Origin: Candidatus Fermentibacteraceae bacterium
GTDB taxonomy: Bacteria; Fermentibacterota; Fermentibacteria; Fermentibacterales; JCC-6
NCBI GenBank assembly: GCA_041750285.1
Contig: JBGSZS010000008.1
Span: forward strand, 64,001 to 128,000
Length of the DNA stretch: 64,000 nucleotides
Reading direction: 5' to 3'
Shown piece by piece: positions 18,064-27,642 of the stretch. Position 1 is the stretch's first letter. Each line of letters begins with the position of its first letter. The notes under the pieces were generated by a model, which saw only the letters and a list, made by a program, of their open reading frames with translations, searched no databases and was not told the origin of the DNA. The translations under genes were made by a program, and so were the position numbers.

Positions 18064-20505
18064 TCAGTTTCCGAGAACCACCAGCCTTGTCACGGCGGTC
18101 ATCCCTCCACTGCGGGCAACAACGGGGTAGACGCCTGCGGGAAGGCGGTTGCCCGAGAAGTCGGTGAGGCTGAACGGGATGTTCAGATCTCCCGTAGGGG
18201 CGTTACCGTTGTACACCGTTCCCACCATTCGGCCCGAGATGTCGTAAACCTCCACAGTGAGCATTCCCGACACAGGCAGTGAGCACCTGAAGGTCGTGGA
18301 GGTCACCGCGGGGTTGCATCCTGCGAACCCGATACCGAATGCCTCCGCCGGCTCTCCCGATTCGACCGAATACGCCCCGATAGCCCATACCTCAACATCA
18401 TCAAGGTTCCATCCGCAGTATTCCCACTGCGAATCGGACGGACCCATGACCCACCTTACCCAGACCTGGGGCTGGCCGTCGGCGTACTGGGAGATGTCAT
18501 AGACCATGAGGTTCCAGTCGAGGTCATCGGTTTCCACGGAGCCGTTCTCCCAGACGGTGTGCCAGGTGGACTGGTCGGTTGAGACCTGCACCAGGGCGTG
18601 GTCGCCCGAGCCGTCCTGAACCCCGAGCCATCTTCTATAGCGGAGCTGGGTCCCGGTGAGACCCGAGCAGTCAAGTGCGTCAGTGGTGAGATTTTCCGCC
18701 TGCATCCCGGGCTCGTAATCCCCCCACAGGTTGTAGCCGTAAACGTTCTGGCCGGTGTAGCCGCCTGAGGGGTCGTGGTTGCCGTGGGCGCCGCCGAAGC
18801 CCTGCGGGATTCCCCACTGCCAGTCGCCCTGGGCGGTCCAGCCCGGGTTTGAATCCATGTTCCAGCCGTAGACGACACCGGTCTCCCCGACGACCAGGAC
18901 CACACGGGATGTCCCGCCGCCTGTTCCGCCACTGGTGTTCACGAATGACACATCGGCCGTGTAGACTCCCTGGGAGAGCGACAGTGCTTCACTGGAAAGG
19001 GCAGCCGTGATCTGAATGCTCTGCCCCGGCGTGATGGTGCCCGAGAGGGGGCCGAGAAGCGTGAGCCAGGAGGCGGATTCGGCAGAAACCTGGTACTGGG
19101 CTGATCCGTCACCCATGAACTGAAGAACCCATACATTGCCTGACGGTGTGAAAGGTCCCCCCTCGACGCCCTGGAAGACCGCGTCGTCTCCGGGGGTAAC
19201 CCTCAGGCCGGCTTTGAAACCGAGCATCTTCACACAGAAGTTGCCCGTTTCGGGGTAGGGATTGTCGGGACAACCGTAGAAGTCCTGCCATGAACCATCG
19301 TAGTAGTAGCTCTCCCCCGCAGACGCGGCGGACTCGACGATGACCCTGGCGGAGGATCCCAGGAGTACCGGGACATCGGCAGTCCTGTCGTAGGGATAGC
19401 CACCCCTGCTGAACTCCATCTCGAGGTAGACGCTGTCGCCCTGAAGCACCTGAAAGGGCTGGTCGAGCTGAACCGTGTGAAAACCCCTGACCTGGCAGTA
19501 CGCGTCCTGGCTGCTTAACAGGTCCTGCAGCGTTCCGCCGGCAAAACTGCCGTAAAGCGACGCGTCGCACCCCACCGAATCATCTGCCGTGAAGAACGAA
19601 ACGGCTGTGATGTAATGACTGCCGGTGGCCTCGAAGGCGTTCATCACCCTCGTGGCGCCCTCGAACGTGTCGCGCCAGCCGTGATAGTCGTGGTAATAGA
19701 ACTGCTCGTACTCCATGCGTTCGGCGTTGGTGAACGACACCGCTCCCATGAAGGGCTCGCGTCCGCACCACTTGTCCCAGTAGCTGATGTAGAAGAAGCC
19801 GTCGAAACCCCATCCCTCGCCCCAGCTGTTCTTGCAGATCCAGGCGCCGGGTTCGGGAGCCTGGGTGATCATGTTGTCGTCCCAGCCGATGATGGCGACC
19901 GAATGGTTGGGAAGCTCGTCTTCGTAGGGGGGCTGGTAGTGGATGTAGTTCTGCATGTAACTGGAGCTTGCGTAGTAGCAGGTGGCAAGCGCACCGTGCT
20001 GCATGAGGGCCGACTTTATCCCGTTGAGTGATTCGAGGTCGTCACCGCCGACGTACCACTCCACGTCAGCCGGGTAGTAGTAGTGGTAGTCCGGCGAGTT
20101 GAGACGGGGCGCCGTTCCGAACGACTGCCCGTCGATGTCCCGCACCGTGCCGCTCCCACGGGAGAGGTACGCCGTGGTCACCAGGTAGTCGCCGCCCTCG
20201 TGCACGGAAAGCCCGCCGCTTCCAATGGGCGGGTCCATGTCGTAGTTGTGCCAGTTGTTGAAGCCGTTCCACCAGTCGAGGTGGTATTCGGCGAGGTTTG
20301 GTTCGCCAGCCTCACCCTGGTTCTCCCACTCACCAGTGAGAAGCATGTTCGACTCGATGGAGGCCATCGTGCCGTGCGTCCAGCATGTCCCCCCCTGCTG
20401 GCTCTTCACCGAGGTCACGTAGCTCTGCCCTCCCACGTCCCTGAGGTCGAAGGTGGAAGGGTACTGAAGCTCAAGCACTGCAAGCAGACAAACCGCGATG
20501 AACAT
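18064..20505 (-). CDS. Secreted C1A (papain-like) cysteine peptidase with lectin-like/beta-sandwich domains and FlgD/T9SS-like C-terminal domain
   Basis: VKSQQGGTCW (Gln/Cys), NHSVAIIGWD (His), WICKNSWG (Asn); C-terminal CNPA...VYDISGR. Confidence 0.9.
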   Translation of the reverse strand: MFIAVCLLAVLELQYPSTFDLRDVGGQSYVTSVKSQQGGTCWTHGTMASIESNMLLTGEWENQGEAGEPNLAEYHLDWWNGFNNWHNYDMDPPIGSGGLSVHEGGDYLVTTAYLSRGSGTVRDIDGQSFGTAPRLNSPDYHYYYPADVEWYVGGDDLESLNGIKSALMQHGALATCYYASSSYMQNYIHYQPPYEDELPNHSVAIIGWDDNMITQAPEPGAWICKNSWGEGWGFDGFFYISYWDKWCGREPFMGAVSFTNAERMEYEQFYYHDYHGWRDTFEGATRVMNAFEATGSHYITAVSFFTADDSVGCDASLYGSFAGGTLQDLLSSQDAYCQVRGFHTVQLDQPFQVLQGDSVYLEMEFSRGGYPYDRTADVPVLLGSSARVIVESAASAGESYYYDGSWQDFYGCPDNPYPETGNFCVKMLGFKAGLRVTPGDDAVFQGVEGGPFTPSGNVWVLQFMGDGSAQYQVSAESASWLTLLGPLSGTITPGQSIQITAALSSEALSLSQGVYTADVSFVNTSGGTGGGTSRVVLVVGETGVVYGWNMDSNPGWTAQGDWQWGIPQGFGGAHGNHDPSGGYTGQNVYGYNLWGDYEPGMQAENLTTDALDCSGLTGTQLRYRRWLGVQDGSGDHALVQVSTDQSTWHTVWENGSVETDDLDWNLMVYDISQYADGQPQVWVRWVMGPSDSQWEYCGWNLDDVEVWAIGAYSVESGEPAEAFGIGFAGCNPAVTSTTFRCSLPVSGMLTVEVYDISGRMVGTVYNGNAPTGDLNIPFSLTDFSGNRLPAGVYPVVARSGGMTAVTRLVVLGN

Positions 20506-20685
20506 TGTTGCCTCCGTTTATGATGAACCGGGAAAACCTTTCCCCAACAATACAGAAAACATGGGACCACGACCCCCCATGCCCGGGTGATCGGAATCTG
20601 CACTGAAACACGTCACTGAAAAGATATACTCTGTCGGGCACGATGTTCTGGAATGGAAACAGGCGGTCAGTTCAGTCAAATGAAT

Positions 20686-20711
20686 GCAGGTTCGAATCCT
20701 GTTCGGCGTAC
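20686..20711 (+). other. Degenerate tRNA 3'-end remnant (T-arm + acceptor-like), possible att scar
   Basis: GCAGGTTCGAATCCTGTTCGGCGTA: T-stem CAGG/CCTG with TTCGAAT loop; no 5' half upstream. Confidence 0.5.
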
Positions 20712-20835
20712 TATTCTGGCAGCTGCCGTCCCGGTTCCCCCGCCACTTCTCTCTGCCCGCATATAACACAATTGTAGTCTGTCAGGTGGATATCAATTAA
20801 GTTTGCCGAACAGCGGGAGACACAGGAGGACCCTG

Positions 20836-21270
20836 ATGCGTTTTGCGGCTTTCATTCTTTTCGTTGTGGTCACTTCGGTCATGGCTTCCTACAGCCGGTT
20901 CCCGGAAGACCCACCGGGCGTTGACATCATCGACAGGGCATTCTTCAAGGGAATTGTTGATGGAGAGGAATACGTCGTTTACCTGGTCATGTACGATCAG
21001 GACAACCGGGGTACTCTGGATGTGGTAAGCGGAACCCTGTCTTCGGGGAGTTACCTCTGGGAGACCGTTTTTTCCTGGAAACCTCTCGACACCCTTTCAG
21101 AACCTGTCCGTTTCGATCCCCGAAGTGTGATAGACATGCAGGTTTCCGGTTCCTCTTTGATCATCACTTGGCTGGACAGACTCAGCAGTACTTATGTTGA
21201 GGGAGCAGCCTCCCAGTATCTTGAATACGATCTTCCAAGCGGGAGTGCTGCAGAGTTCTGGAGTGATTGA
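20836..21270 (+). CDS. Hypothetical secreted protein
   Basis: AGGAGG RBS; signal peptide MRFAAFILFVVV. Confidence 0.65.
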   Translation: MRFAAFILFVVVTSVMASYSRFPEDPPGVDIIDRAFFKGIVDGEEYVVYLVMYDQDNRGTLDVVSGTLSSGSYLWETVFSWKPLDTLSEPVRFDPRSVIDMQVSGSSLIITWLDRLSSTYVEGAASQYLEYDLPSGSAAEFWSD

Positions 21271-21413
21271 GGGAGCTCGCAAAACTCACGAAAATGGTTC
21301 TGCGTTTGGTTCTCATATCAAACCCAATGGTAACTCATTCACAAATTGCTGCAGCTTGGCCCGGTACGCTTGGCGGCATCTTCTGCGGTACTTGATTGCC
21401 CGTAAGCTAAACG

Positions 21414-21442
21414 TTGCAAAATGCAATGTTACGTGTTATTGT
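21414..21442 (+). promoter_or_regulatory. Sigma70-like promoter with overlapping palindrome (probable TA operator)
   Basis: TTGCAA-17-TATTGT; TTGCA-AAA-TGCAA overlaps the -35. Confidence 0.55.
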
Positions 21443-21464
21443 AGCAACACAGAGGAGGAACACA

Positions 21465-21683
21465 GTGGCGACTGCAGTTCGAGTTTCCGACACGCTTCTC
21501 AGAGAAGCCAGACTGGTCAGTTCCGTTGAGAACAGGTCCGTTACAGGCCAGATCGAGTATTGGGCAAAGATGGGAAAGTGTGCCGAGGAGAACCCTGATC
21601 TATCTTTCAGTCTGATCAAGGACATTCTGCTGGGCCTTGAAGAGCTTGAGCAGGATGAAGCTTCCGAGTACAGGTTCGGCTGA
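21465..21683 (+). CDS. ParD-like antitoxin
   Basis: RSVTGQIEYWAKMGKCAEENPDL; GAGGAGG RBS before GTG. Confidence 0.88.
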   Translation: MATAVRVSDTLLREARLVSSVENRSVTGQIEYWAKMGKCAEENPDLSFSLIKDILLGLEELEQDEASEYRFG

Positions 21684-21688
21684 CTGAA

Positions 21689-21976
21689 GTGAGGGTGATC
21701 CAGTCAAGGCTCTTTGCACAGAGAGTCAGGAGGTTCCCCGCACAGGAGAAAACCGTTCTGGATGCGGAAATCCGGAAGATCATCGCTGATCCGGCGATCG
21801 GGCAGGAGAAGAGGGGAACGCTGAAGGATGTCCGTGTGCACAAGTTCAAGATCCGCAGCACTCTGTATCTCCTTGCTTATCGCTTTACGGATCCCATGAC
21901 CCTGGAGTTGATCATGATCGGTCCCCACGATAACTACTACAGAGACTTGGACAGCCATCTGCGTAATCAAGGTTGA
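21689..21976 (+). CDS. RelE/ParE-family toxin
   Basis: PAIGQEKRGTL..VRVHKFK, LLAY, IGPHDNYYRDL. Confidence 0.88.
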   Translation: MRVIQSRLFAQRVRRFPAQEKTVLDAEIRKIIADPAIGQEKRGTLKDVRVHKFKIRSTLYLLAYRFTDPMTLELIMIGPHDNYYRDLDSHLRNQG

Positions 21977-22101
21977 TGGCAACCCTTCCCGGCAGTTCGA
22001 AGAGACCTGTAAACAGGGCGTCATAAGTTCAATGCAGCGTTGACGTGACCATTTTACGAGTCTATATAATGACCTGATTAAAGAACCATATGGAGGTCGA
22101 T

Positions 22102-22353
22102 ATGGATTACATTCTATCAGGTTGTTCGGCAAGCATCTCCGATTTAAAAAAGAACCCGACTGCACTGCTGAAAGAAGCCGATGGCGAGGCCATAACCATT
22201 CTCAATCACAACGTTCCCACGGCGTACCTTGTTCCGGCAGAGACATACAATCTTCTATTGAACCGTCTTGAAGATGCGGAACTTGCCCAGATGGTGGCGG
22301 ACAGGTCCGGTGAAAGAAGCTGTGCTGTCGAAGTAGACGTTGACAGTGTATAA
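22102..22353 (+). CDS. Phd/YefM (StbD-like) antitoxin
   Basis: ASISDLKKNP, ITILNHNVPTAYLVP, LEDAEL; own TTGACG/TATAAT-like promoter at about 22040-22070. Confidence 0.9.
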   Translation: MDYILSGCSASISDLKKNPTALLKEADGEAITILNHNVPTAYLVPAETYNLLLNRLEDAELAQMVADRSGERSCAVEVDVDSV

Positions 22354-22636
22354 GCTCCTGTTCCTTCCAACTGCTCTCAAGGAGTGGCGAAAACTTGCTG
22401 ATCCCATCCGTGAACAGCTTCGGAGAAAACTCAAGGAGAGGCTTGAGTGTCCTAGGGTTCAGGCAAGTATTCTCTACGGCTTCAAGGATGTATACAAGAT
22501 CAAGCTCCGTTCCTCGGGTTACAGGCTGGTCTACGAGGTGAATGACACGAGCATTACGGTGCTTGTCATTGCCGTCGGCAAGCGTGAAAAGGGAAGGGTC
22601 TACTCCCGAACCGAACAAAGGCTGACCAATTCCTGA
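22340..22636 (+). CDS. relE: RelE/StbE-family toxin
   Basis: YKLLF..ALKEWRKL, YKIKLRSSGYRLVYEV, VIAVGKRE. Confidence 0.9.
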   Translation: MTVYKLLFLPTALKEWRKLADPIREQLRRKLKERLECPRVQASILYGFKDVYKIKLRSSGYRLVYEVNDTSITVLVIAVGKREKGRVYSRTEQRLTNS

Positions 22637-22732
22637 TTCTGATTGCCCGATGCTGTAACCGACTTTGCGCTTTTGTTTCACGCTGTTCCAAACCATTGAG
22701 ATACTGAAGCAGGCCGGCACAGGATAAAAGGG

Positions 22733-23119
22733 ATGGATTGTTTCATGTCCACTCACACTCAAGCATCAATCGTACGCAAGTTTCGGGTGGGCCGGTTTCT
22801 CTGGATTCTGGCGGGAAGCATCAACTTCATCCTCGGCGTTGCCGTTCTGATCGTATGCGGTCGCGGCTTGTGGGGTTTTCGGGTCCCGGCGGATTTCCTT
22901 TTCGCTGCCGTTGCGCCGGTCGGGCTGCTCAACATTGTCCTTTCCGCGTTGAATGCGAGGTTCCGGGTGCCCGCCCTGCTTCTGAACGCTCTTTGCGGCA
23001 TCACCCTGGGAATGTTCGCAGCCTATCAGTTTGAGTCGTTCTTCGCGTGGGTCTTCACAACGATTCTCTGCGTCGTGCCCTCCCTGGTTGCGGTTGCGCT
23101 GCCGGTGCAGCGGAGTTAG
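22733..23119 (+). CDS. Hypothetical 4-TM membrane protein
   Basis: Four hydrophobic segments. Confidence 0.6.
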   Translation: MDCFMSTHTQASIVRKFRVGRFLWILAGSINFILGVAVLIVCGRGLWGFRVPADFLFAAVAPVGLLNIVLSALNARFRVPALLLNALCGITLGMFAAYQFESFFAWVFTTILCVVPSLVAVALPVQRS

Positions 23120-23213
23120 TGCGATATCTCGTGTCAGAAGGCGTTTTCCGAACTGAAACCTTTCTGATTTTCCTGTTATTGTTGTGCTGTAATCTCCTCC
23201 GAACGGAGCACTC

Positions 23214-24326
23214 ATGATACCGGCGCTTTATCCGCTGCTCGTTTTCCTTGCCGCTCACCTCTTTGTCCCTGGCAAGTCCATGGAAGGCACGGACGTTCCC
23301 CTCAGAAACCTCGATGACGGCCCACACGTGTACTGGAGGAACGACACCACCGCCGTGGTGTTCAGCTTCACCGGGGGCAGGCTGGTTCAGGAGACTTTCA
23401 CAGCTTCCGACACGGTGAGGTTCCAGGGCAGCCTGGATGGCACTGAGGTGTCTTTCGCCATCCCCTCCGCCGGTCCTTCTGGGGCGGTCTGCGACACAGG
23501 TGCCGTTCCCCGTTTCCTGGCGGTGAGCGACGTTCACGGAGACTTCACCCACTTCCGTGAGATCCTTCAGGCTTCCGGGGTGATGAACGAAGGCTTCGTG
23601 TGGACATGGGGAGACGGCCACCTTGTGGTGCTGGGGGATATCATGGACCGGGGCCCCGAGGTCACCGAGTGCCTCTGGCTGGTCTATCTGCTGGCGCAGC
23701 AGGCTGAACGGGCCGGTGGAGCGGTTCACTTCGTTCTGGGCAACCACGAGCTGATGGTTCTCACGGGTGACCTCCGCTACGTACACGAACGTTATCTGGA
23801 CGGTATCTGCGGTGTTACCGGAATGGACTGTGACGATCTTTTCGGGTCCGACATGGAACTGGGCCGGTGGGTGCGGTCCCGACCCGTCATTGTCAGGCTG
23901 GGCGACGTCCTGTTCGTTCACGGGGGCATCGCGCCGGGCAGCGGGGTGGACGACATGTCGCTTTCCGGGATCAACGAACTGGTATGGCACGGCCTCGAAA
24001 GCTCATCGGTGGGATACCTCCTCGATGGAGTCGAGCGTGTCTTCGGAAGCCTCGGACCGCTCTGGTTCAGGGGCTACCACTACGGCATGGAGGACATGTA
24101 CCCCGAAACCACCGCGGAAGAGATCGCAATGCTTCTCGGCCGGTACGGCGTGGAGAGGATCGTCGTGGGTCATACAGAACACGACAGCATCGCGGCGCTT
24201 TTCAGCGGGAGAGTGCTTGCCATAGACGTTCCAGTGGAGGACAGGGGCGGCCAGCAGGCGCTTATGTGGGAAGCCGGTGCCTTCTACAGGGTCAACGCCG
24301 ACGGGTCGAGGGTTCCCCTTCCCTGA
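23214..24326 (+). CDS. Secreted metallophosphoesterase (Shewanella-like PPP phosphatase)
   Basis: SDVHG, GDIMDRG, GNHE, VHGG, GPLWFRGY, VVGHT. Confidence 0.9.
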   Translation: MIPALYPLLVFLAAHLFVPGKSMEGTDVPLRNLDDGPHVYWRNDTTAVVFSFTGGRLVQETFTASDTVRFQGSLDGTEVSFAIPSAGPSGAVCDTGAVPRFLAVSDVHGDFTHFREILQASGVMNEGFVWTWGDGHLVVLGDIMDRGPEVTECLWLVYLLAQQAERAGGAVHFVLGNHELMVLTGDLRYVHERYLDGICGVTGMDCDDLFGSDMELGRWVRSRPVIVRLGDVLFVHGGIAPGSGVDDMSLSGINELVWHGLESSSVGYLLDGVERVFGSLGPLWFRGYHYGMEDMYPETTAEEIAMLLGRYGVERIVVGHTEHDSIAALFSGRVLAIDVPVEDRGGQQALMWEAGAFYRVNADGSRVPLP

Positions 24327-24347
24327 ACGTGTTCGGGAGCATTCATT

Positions 24348-25100
24348 TCAGTCGATGAGGGCCGCCCCGAGTGCGCCGGTGATCCTGGGTTCGGGGGGAA
24401 CAACCACGCTAAGACCGGTCTCAGCTTCGACGGCACGCACGACGCCCATGTTCCTTGCCACTCCCCCGGTGAAGACCAACGGGGCCGCCACGCCTGCTCC
24501 GCCAGCCATGCCCAGCGTCCGGGCCGCGACGGAGCGGAACACTCCCCTGAGTATCCTCTCCCTGGGTATACCGCCCTGCAGAAGGCCGATGATCTCGCTT
24601 TCCGCAAAAACGGCGCACATCGTGCTTATCTCGACCGTGTCGTCACCGTCACGGGTTGCCTCGTCCATTCTCTCAAGCGGGATACCGAGTATGTCGCCCG
24701 CCATCTCGATGAAGCGCCCGGTTCCCGCCGCGCATCGGTCGTTCATGGAAAAGTCGACGGGTTTTCCGTTCTCGAGCCTGATGATCTTCGAGTCCTGCCC
24801 ACCGATGTCGATGATCGTAGCCGTTTCGGGGTGAAGCTGAAAAACTCCCCTGGCGTGGCAGATTATCTCGCTGCACGTGCGTGTGGCGTGGCCGAAGTAG
24901 TTCCTGCCGTAGCCGGTGGCCACGATCGAGGCAAGGTCTTCCGGCACCAGCCCGTTCCTCCCGAGGATCTGCCTGAACATGGCCTCGGCGTTCCCCCGGG
25001 GGTCCCGCAGGCTGTCGCCTATGATCACATCCACCGTTCGGGTACCGTCGTGAAGAAGCACCTCGACGCTTCGTGCCCCGATGTCCACACCGCACCTCAT
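24348..25100 (-). CDS. Acyl-CoA dehydratase activase (HgdC/BadF-type ATP-dependent electron donor)
   Basis: VDIG, ATGYGR, IDIGGQDSK, MNDRCAAGTGRF, STMCAVFAESE, GALGAA. Confidence 0.93.
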   Translation of the reverse strand: MRCGVDIGARSVEVLLHDGTRTVDVIIGDSLRDPRGNAEAMFRQILGRNGLVPEDLASIVATGYGRNYFGHATRTCSEIICHARGVFQLHPETATIIDIGGQDSKIIRLENGKPVDFSMNDRCAAGTGRFIEMAGDILGIPLERMDEATRDGDDTVEISTMCAVFAESEIIGLLQGGIPRERILRGVFRSVAARTLGMAGGAGVAAPLVFTGGVARNMGVVRAVEAETGLSVVVPPEPRITGALGAALID

Positions 25101-26227
25101 CGGGCCATCTCCAGGAGGGTCTGGATGCGGACCATGATCTGCTCCCTGTCACCCGGGCTGTAGTCGGTCTCCACCTTCAGGTAGGGAAGGTTGAGTTCCT
25201 TCCGGACGAACCCGCCGACCTGGAACGACTCGACGTTGTAGGTGTGGCATGCCTGCCAGACAAGGTCGACAACTGCGTTGGCATTGAACTGCATGGCGAG
25301 CTTCGAGAGGAGTTCGAGCCTTCCTGTGTTTGGCGTCATGCAGCTGCACGGGATGCGGAAGTGTTTCTCAGCTATCGCGGTGAGGGGGTCGCCCTCTTCG
25401 CTCACGGGGTCGAGGGGCTTGATGCCGCTGCATGTCTCCTGTACGACCACAATCCCCCCGGCTTCCTCGATGATCTCCACGACCTTCAGCGTGCCCTCGC
25501 TCATGGGGCACCCTGTGACAAGCACCCTTGGCGCGTTCTCCTTCGCAGCGAAAACACCCCTCCTCTTCCTCTCCTCGAGCGCATCCCTCAGTTCCGAAAG
25601 CATGCGATGGTGCTCAGGCATGCCCGACACCCTGAAACGAAGCCTTCCCAGCTCGACGCCGCTTATCACGGGTCTGGGCTCGGCGCCGTACTCCATCACC
25701 GCCCGGAGAAGGGCCCTTTCCCTGTTCATGGTAGAGATCGCGCTGCGAAGGTCGTCGTCGCTTATCGGCTTTTTATAGAGTTCTTCAAGTCGGAGCTTGA
25801 GCTTCCTCACCTCCAGAAGCCAGTGCTCCCACGCCTCGGCCTCGAGCACCTTCTGCGTGAGTTCGAGGATGTGCTGGGGCTTGCGCTCCCTGATGAGTTC
25901 CCAGACCTTCTTCTTCCCGTCGCAGGTGGTTTCCGCGACGATGAGGTCTGCCATGCCGAAGAAAGGGCAGCCGTTCGTGAGAATGTACCCCAGGGAAGAC
26001 TTGATTAGGGGACAGAGGTTTGCGGGAAGAACTGTCTCCGCGGGTGGAATGGTCTTGCGGCTGGAGCCGCAGAGGCAGATCGGGTAAGCGCCTGCGGCGA
26101 GTATCAGGTCACGGGGCGTGAACTCGCAGTAGATGCCCACAACGCCCTTTCCCTTCTTCTTTTCCGCCCTTACGAAATCGATCTCGGCTCCCACGGATGT
26201 GGCGAAGTACTCAAAAGGGTTGATCAT
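25097..26227 (-). CDS. Double-cubane-cluster protein (DCCP)-like member of the 2-hydroxyacyl-CoA dehydratase family
   Basis: GIYCEF, NLCPLIKSS, CPFF, ETTCDGKKK, ETCSG, PCSC, QACHTY. Confidence 0.85.
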   Translation of the reverse strand: MINPFEYFATSVGAEIDFVRAEKKKGKGVVGIYCEFTPRDLILAAGAYPICLCGSSRKTIPPAETVLPANLCPLIKSSLGYILTNGCPFFGMADLIVAETTCDGKKKVWELIRERKPQHILELTQKVLEAEAWEHWLLEVRKLKLRLEELYKKPISDDDLRSAISTMNRERALLRAVMEYGAEPRPVISGVELGRLRFRVSGMPEHHRMLSELRDALEERKRRGVFAAKENAPRVLVTGCPMSEGTLKVVEIIEEAGGIVVVQETCSGIKPLDPVSEEGDPLTAIAEKHFRIPCSCMTPNTGRLELLSKLAMQFNANAVVDLVWQACHTYNVESFQVGGFVRKELNLPYLKVETDYSPGDREQIMVRIQTLLEMAR

Positions 26228-27642
26228 GCTCTTCTCTCCCTGCGCTGTCTCACTATGTCCATGAAAGCCTCGATCCGGCTTCTCACCTGTTCACTCACCC
26301 TTCCCGGGCTGTAAGGCACGTCGAAGGAGAGTACGGGCAGCCCCAGCTCATCCCTGACTCTCTCACTGATGATCCTGTCGTCCCAGGGACAGTGGCTCGC
26401 CCCGAATATCCCGCTCAAAAGCACCCCTTCGGCACGAAAGTGCCTGATGTCACGCACTATCGCATCGGCCCTCATTGCCGGCGAGCAGAGCAGCCTGTCG
26501 TCGAAGCAGTTCTCCGCCACCGCAGTGAGGGGATCGGTATCCTCCCGGAGTGGAAGGAAGGCGTGATTGATGAAGTAGTCCGTCCCCGCCACACACCCCC
26601 CCATGTCTTCAAGGAGGGGTATCAGCGAGGCGTCGGTGGGCGGGTACACCCAGTAGATCCGAAGCGGGGGTTCTTCTCCTTTGAAGGGCGAAAGCCCCTG
26701 CGCGAGCCTCTCCTTCGCCACCCTGGCAAGCCCCTCGAGCACGGGGAAGCACTGGTCAGGCTCGCTGCAAGTGTGTATCGCGATGAACTCGGCAAGGTAC
26801 ATCTCAAGGCCGGGCAGCGGCGGGTAGTCGGCCCCGTAGACAAGCTCCCGAAGGTCCCTGACAATGGTGCGCAGCCTGTTGAAGAGCGCCACGCTTCCAC
26901 GGAGCATTTCTTCCGAGCACCTTACCCCTGTCGTTGTCTCCAGGGCGGAAACAACACCCGCCAGCTGTCCCCGCACGAAGGCAAGGTCTTTTTCCGAGAA
27001 TGGCACTCCCCCGAAAGGGGTAACAGAGCCTCTACCCCCGGGCACCGGTGCCGTCATCTCCCACCAGTGCACGGGCATTCCGAGCCCCTCAACAAGCTGC
27101 ATCACCGCGCTGAAGTCGTCGCAGCACGCCCCGACACCGGCCACGCAGAGGTCGGGCCTGGGAAAGTAATCGAGGGTTTTCATGGCGCCCAGAACGGCCC
27201 GCACGTAGCAAAGCTCCTCGGTTGCGCCAAGGTCGGAAGCTGCGTCGAGAAGGTGGGTGCTTTCGGCGAAACACGGCGCCCACCACAGTTCGTCGGCGTA
27301 GAAGGAGAGCTGCCCGGGGAAGGCGTAGGCGAGAACGGCGGTCTGCCCGAGGTCCTTCATAAGGGCGATGATCCTGGCGCCCGAGTTCTTCGCCAGGAAA
27401 AGCCTGTCCTTCTCGCTGAACAGAAATGCCCACAGCCTGAGTGCCTCGGGAGAGCTGTCGAACCTAAGCCGCCTCAGAAGCAGGTCGCCGCGGCACGAAT
27501 ACTCCCAGGGCGTGAACAGGTATTCCACTCCGCCGGGTATGAATCCCCTGAGGGACCGGCACTGCGCGGCGAACTCATCAGGTATCTTCAGCTTGCGCGA
27601 TTCCCACTCAAGGGCCGTGAGTTTTCGCACAGGGTCATGCAT
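26224..27642 (-). CDS. 2-hydroxyacyl-CoA dehydratase family subunit (divergent)
   Basis: EELCYVRA, GACCDDF, AEGV...SHC; start MHDPV overlaps the upstream stop. Confidence 0.75.
   Translation of the reverse strand: MHDPVRKLTALEWESRKLKIPDEFAAQCRSLRGFIPGGVEYLFTPWEYSCRGDLLLRRLRFDSSPEALRLWAFLFSEKDRLFLAKNSGARIIALMKDLGQTAVLAYAFPGQLSFYADELWWAPCFAESTHLLDAASDLGATEELCYVRAVLGAMKTLDYFPRPDLCVAGVGACCDDFSAVMQLVEGLGMPVHWWEMTAPVPGGRGSVTPFGGVPFSEKDLAFVRGQLAGVVSALETTTGVRCSEEMLRGSVALFNRLRTIVRDLRELVYGADYPPLPGLEMYLAEFIAIHTCSEPDQCFPVLEGLARVAKERLAQGLSPFKGEEPPLRIYWVYPPTDASLIPLLEDMGGCVAGTDYFINHAFLPLREDTDPLTAVAENCFDDRLLCSPAMRADAIVRDIRHFRAEGVLLSGIFGASHCPWDDRIISERVRDELGLPVLSFDVPYSPGRVSEQVRSRIEAFMDIVRQRRERRA

Noticed and set aside
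20640..20715. Intact tRNA gene
   Set aside because: Only a T-arm-like part is present; no D-arm, anticodon arm or matching 5' acceptor strand
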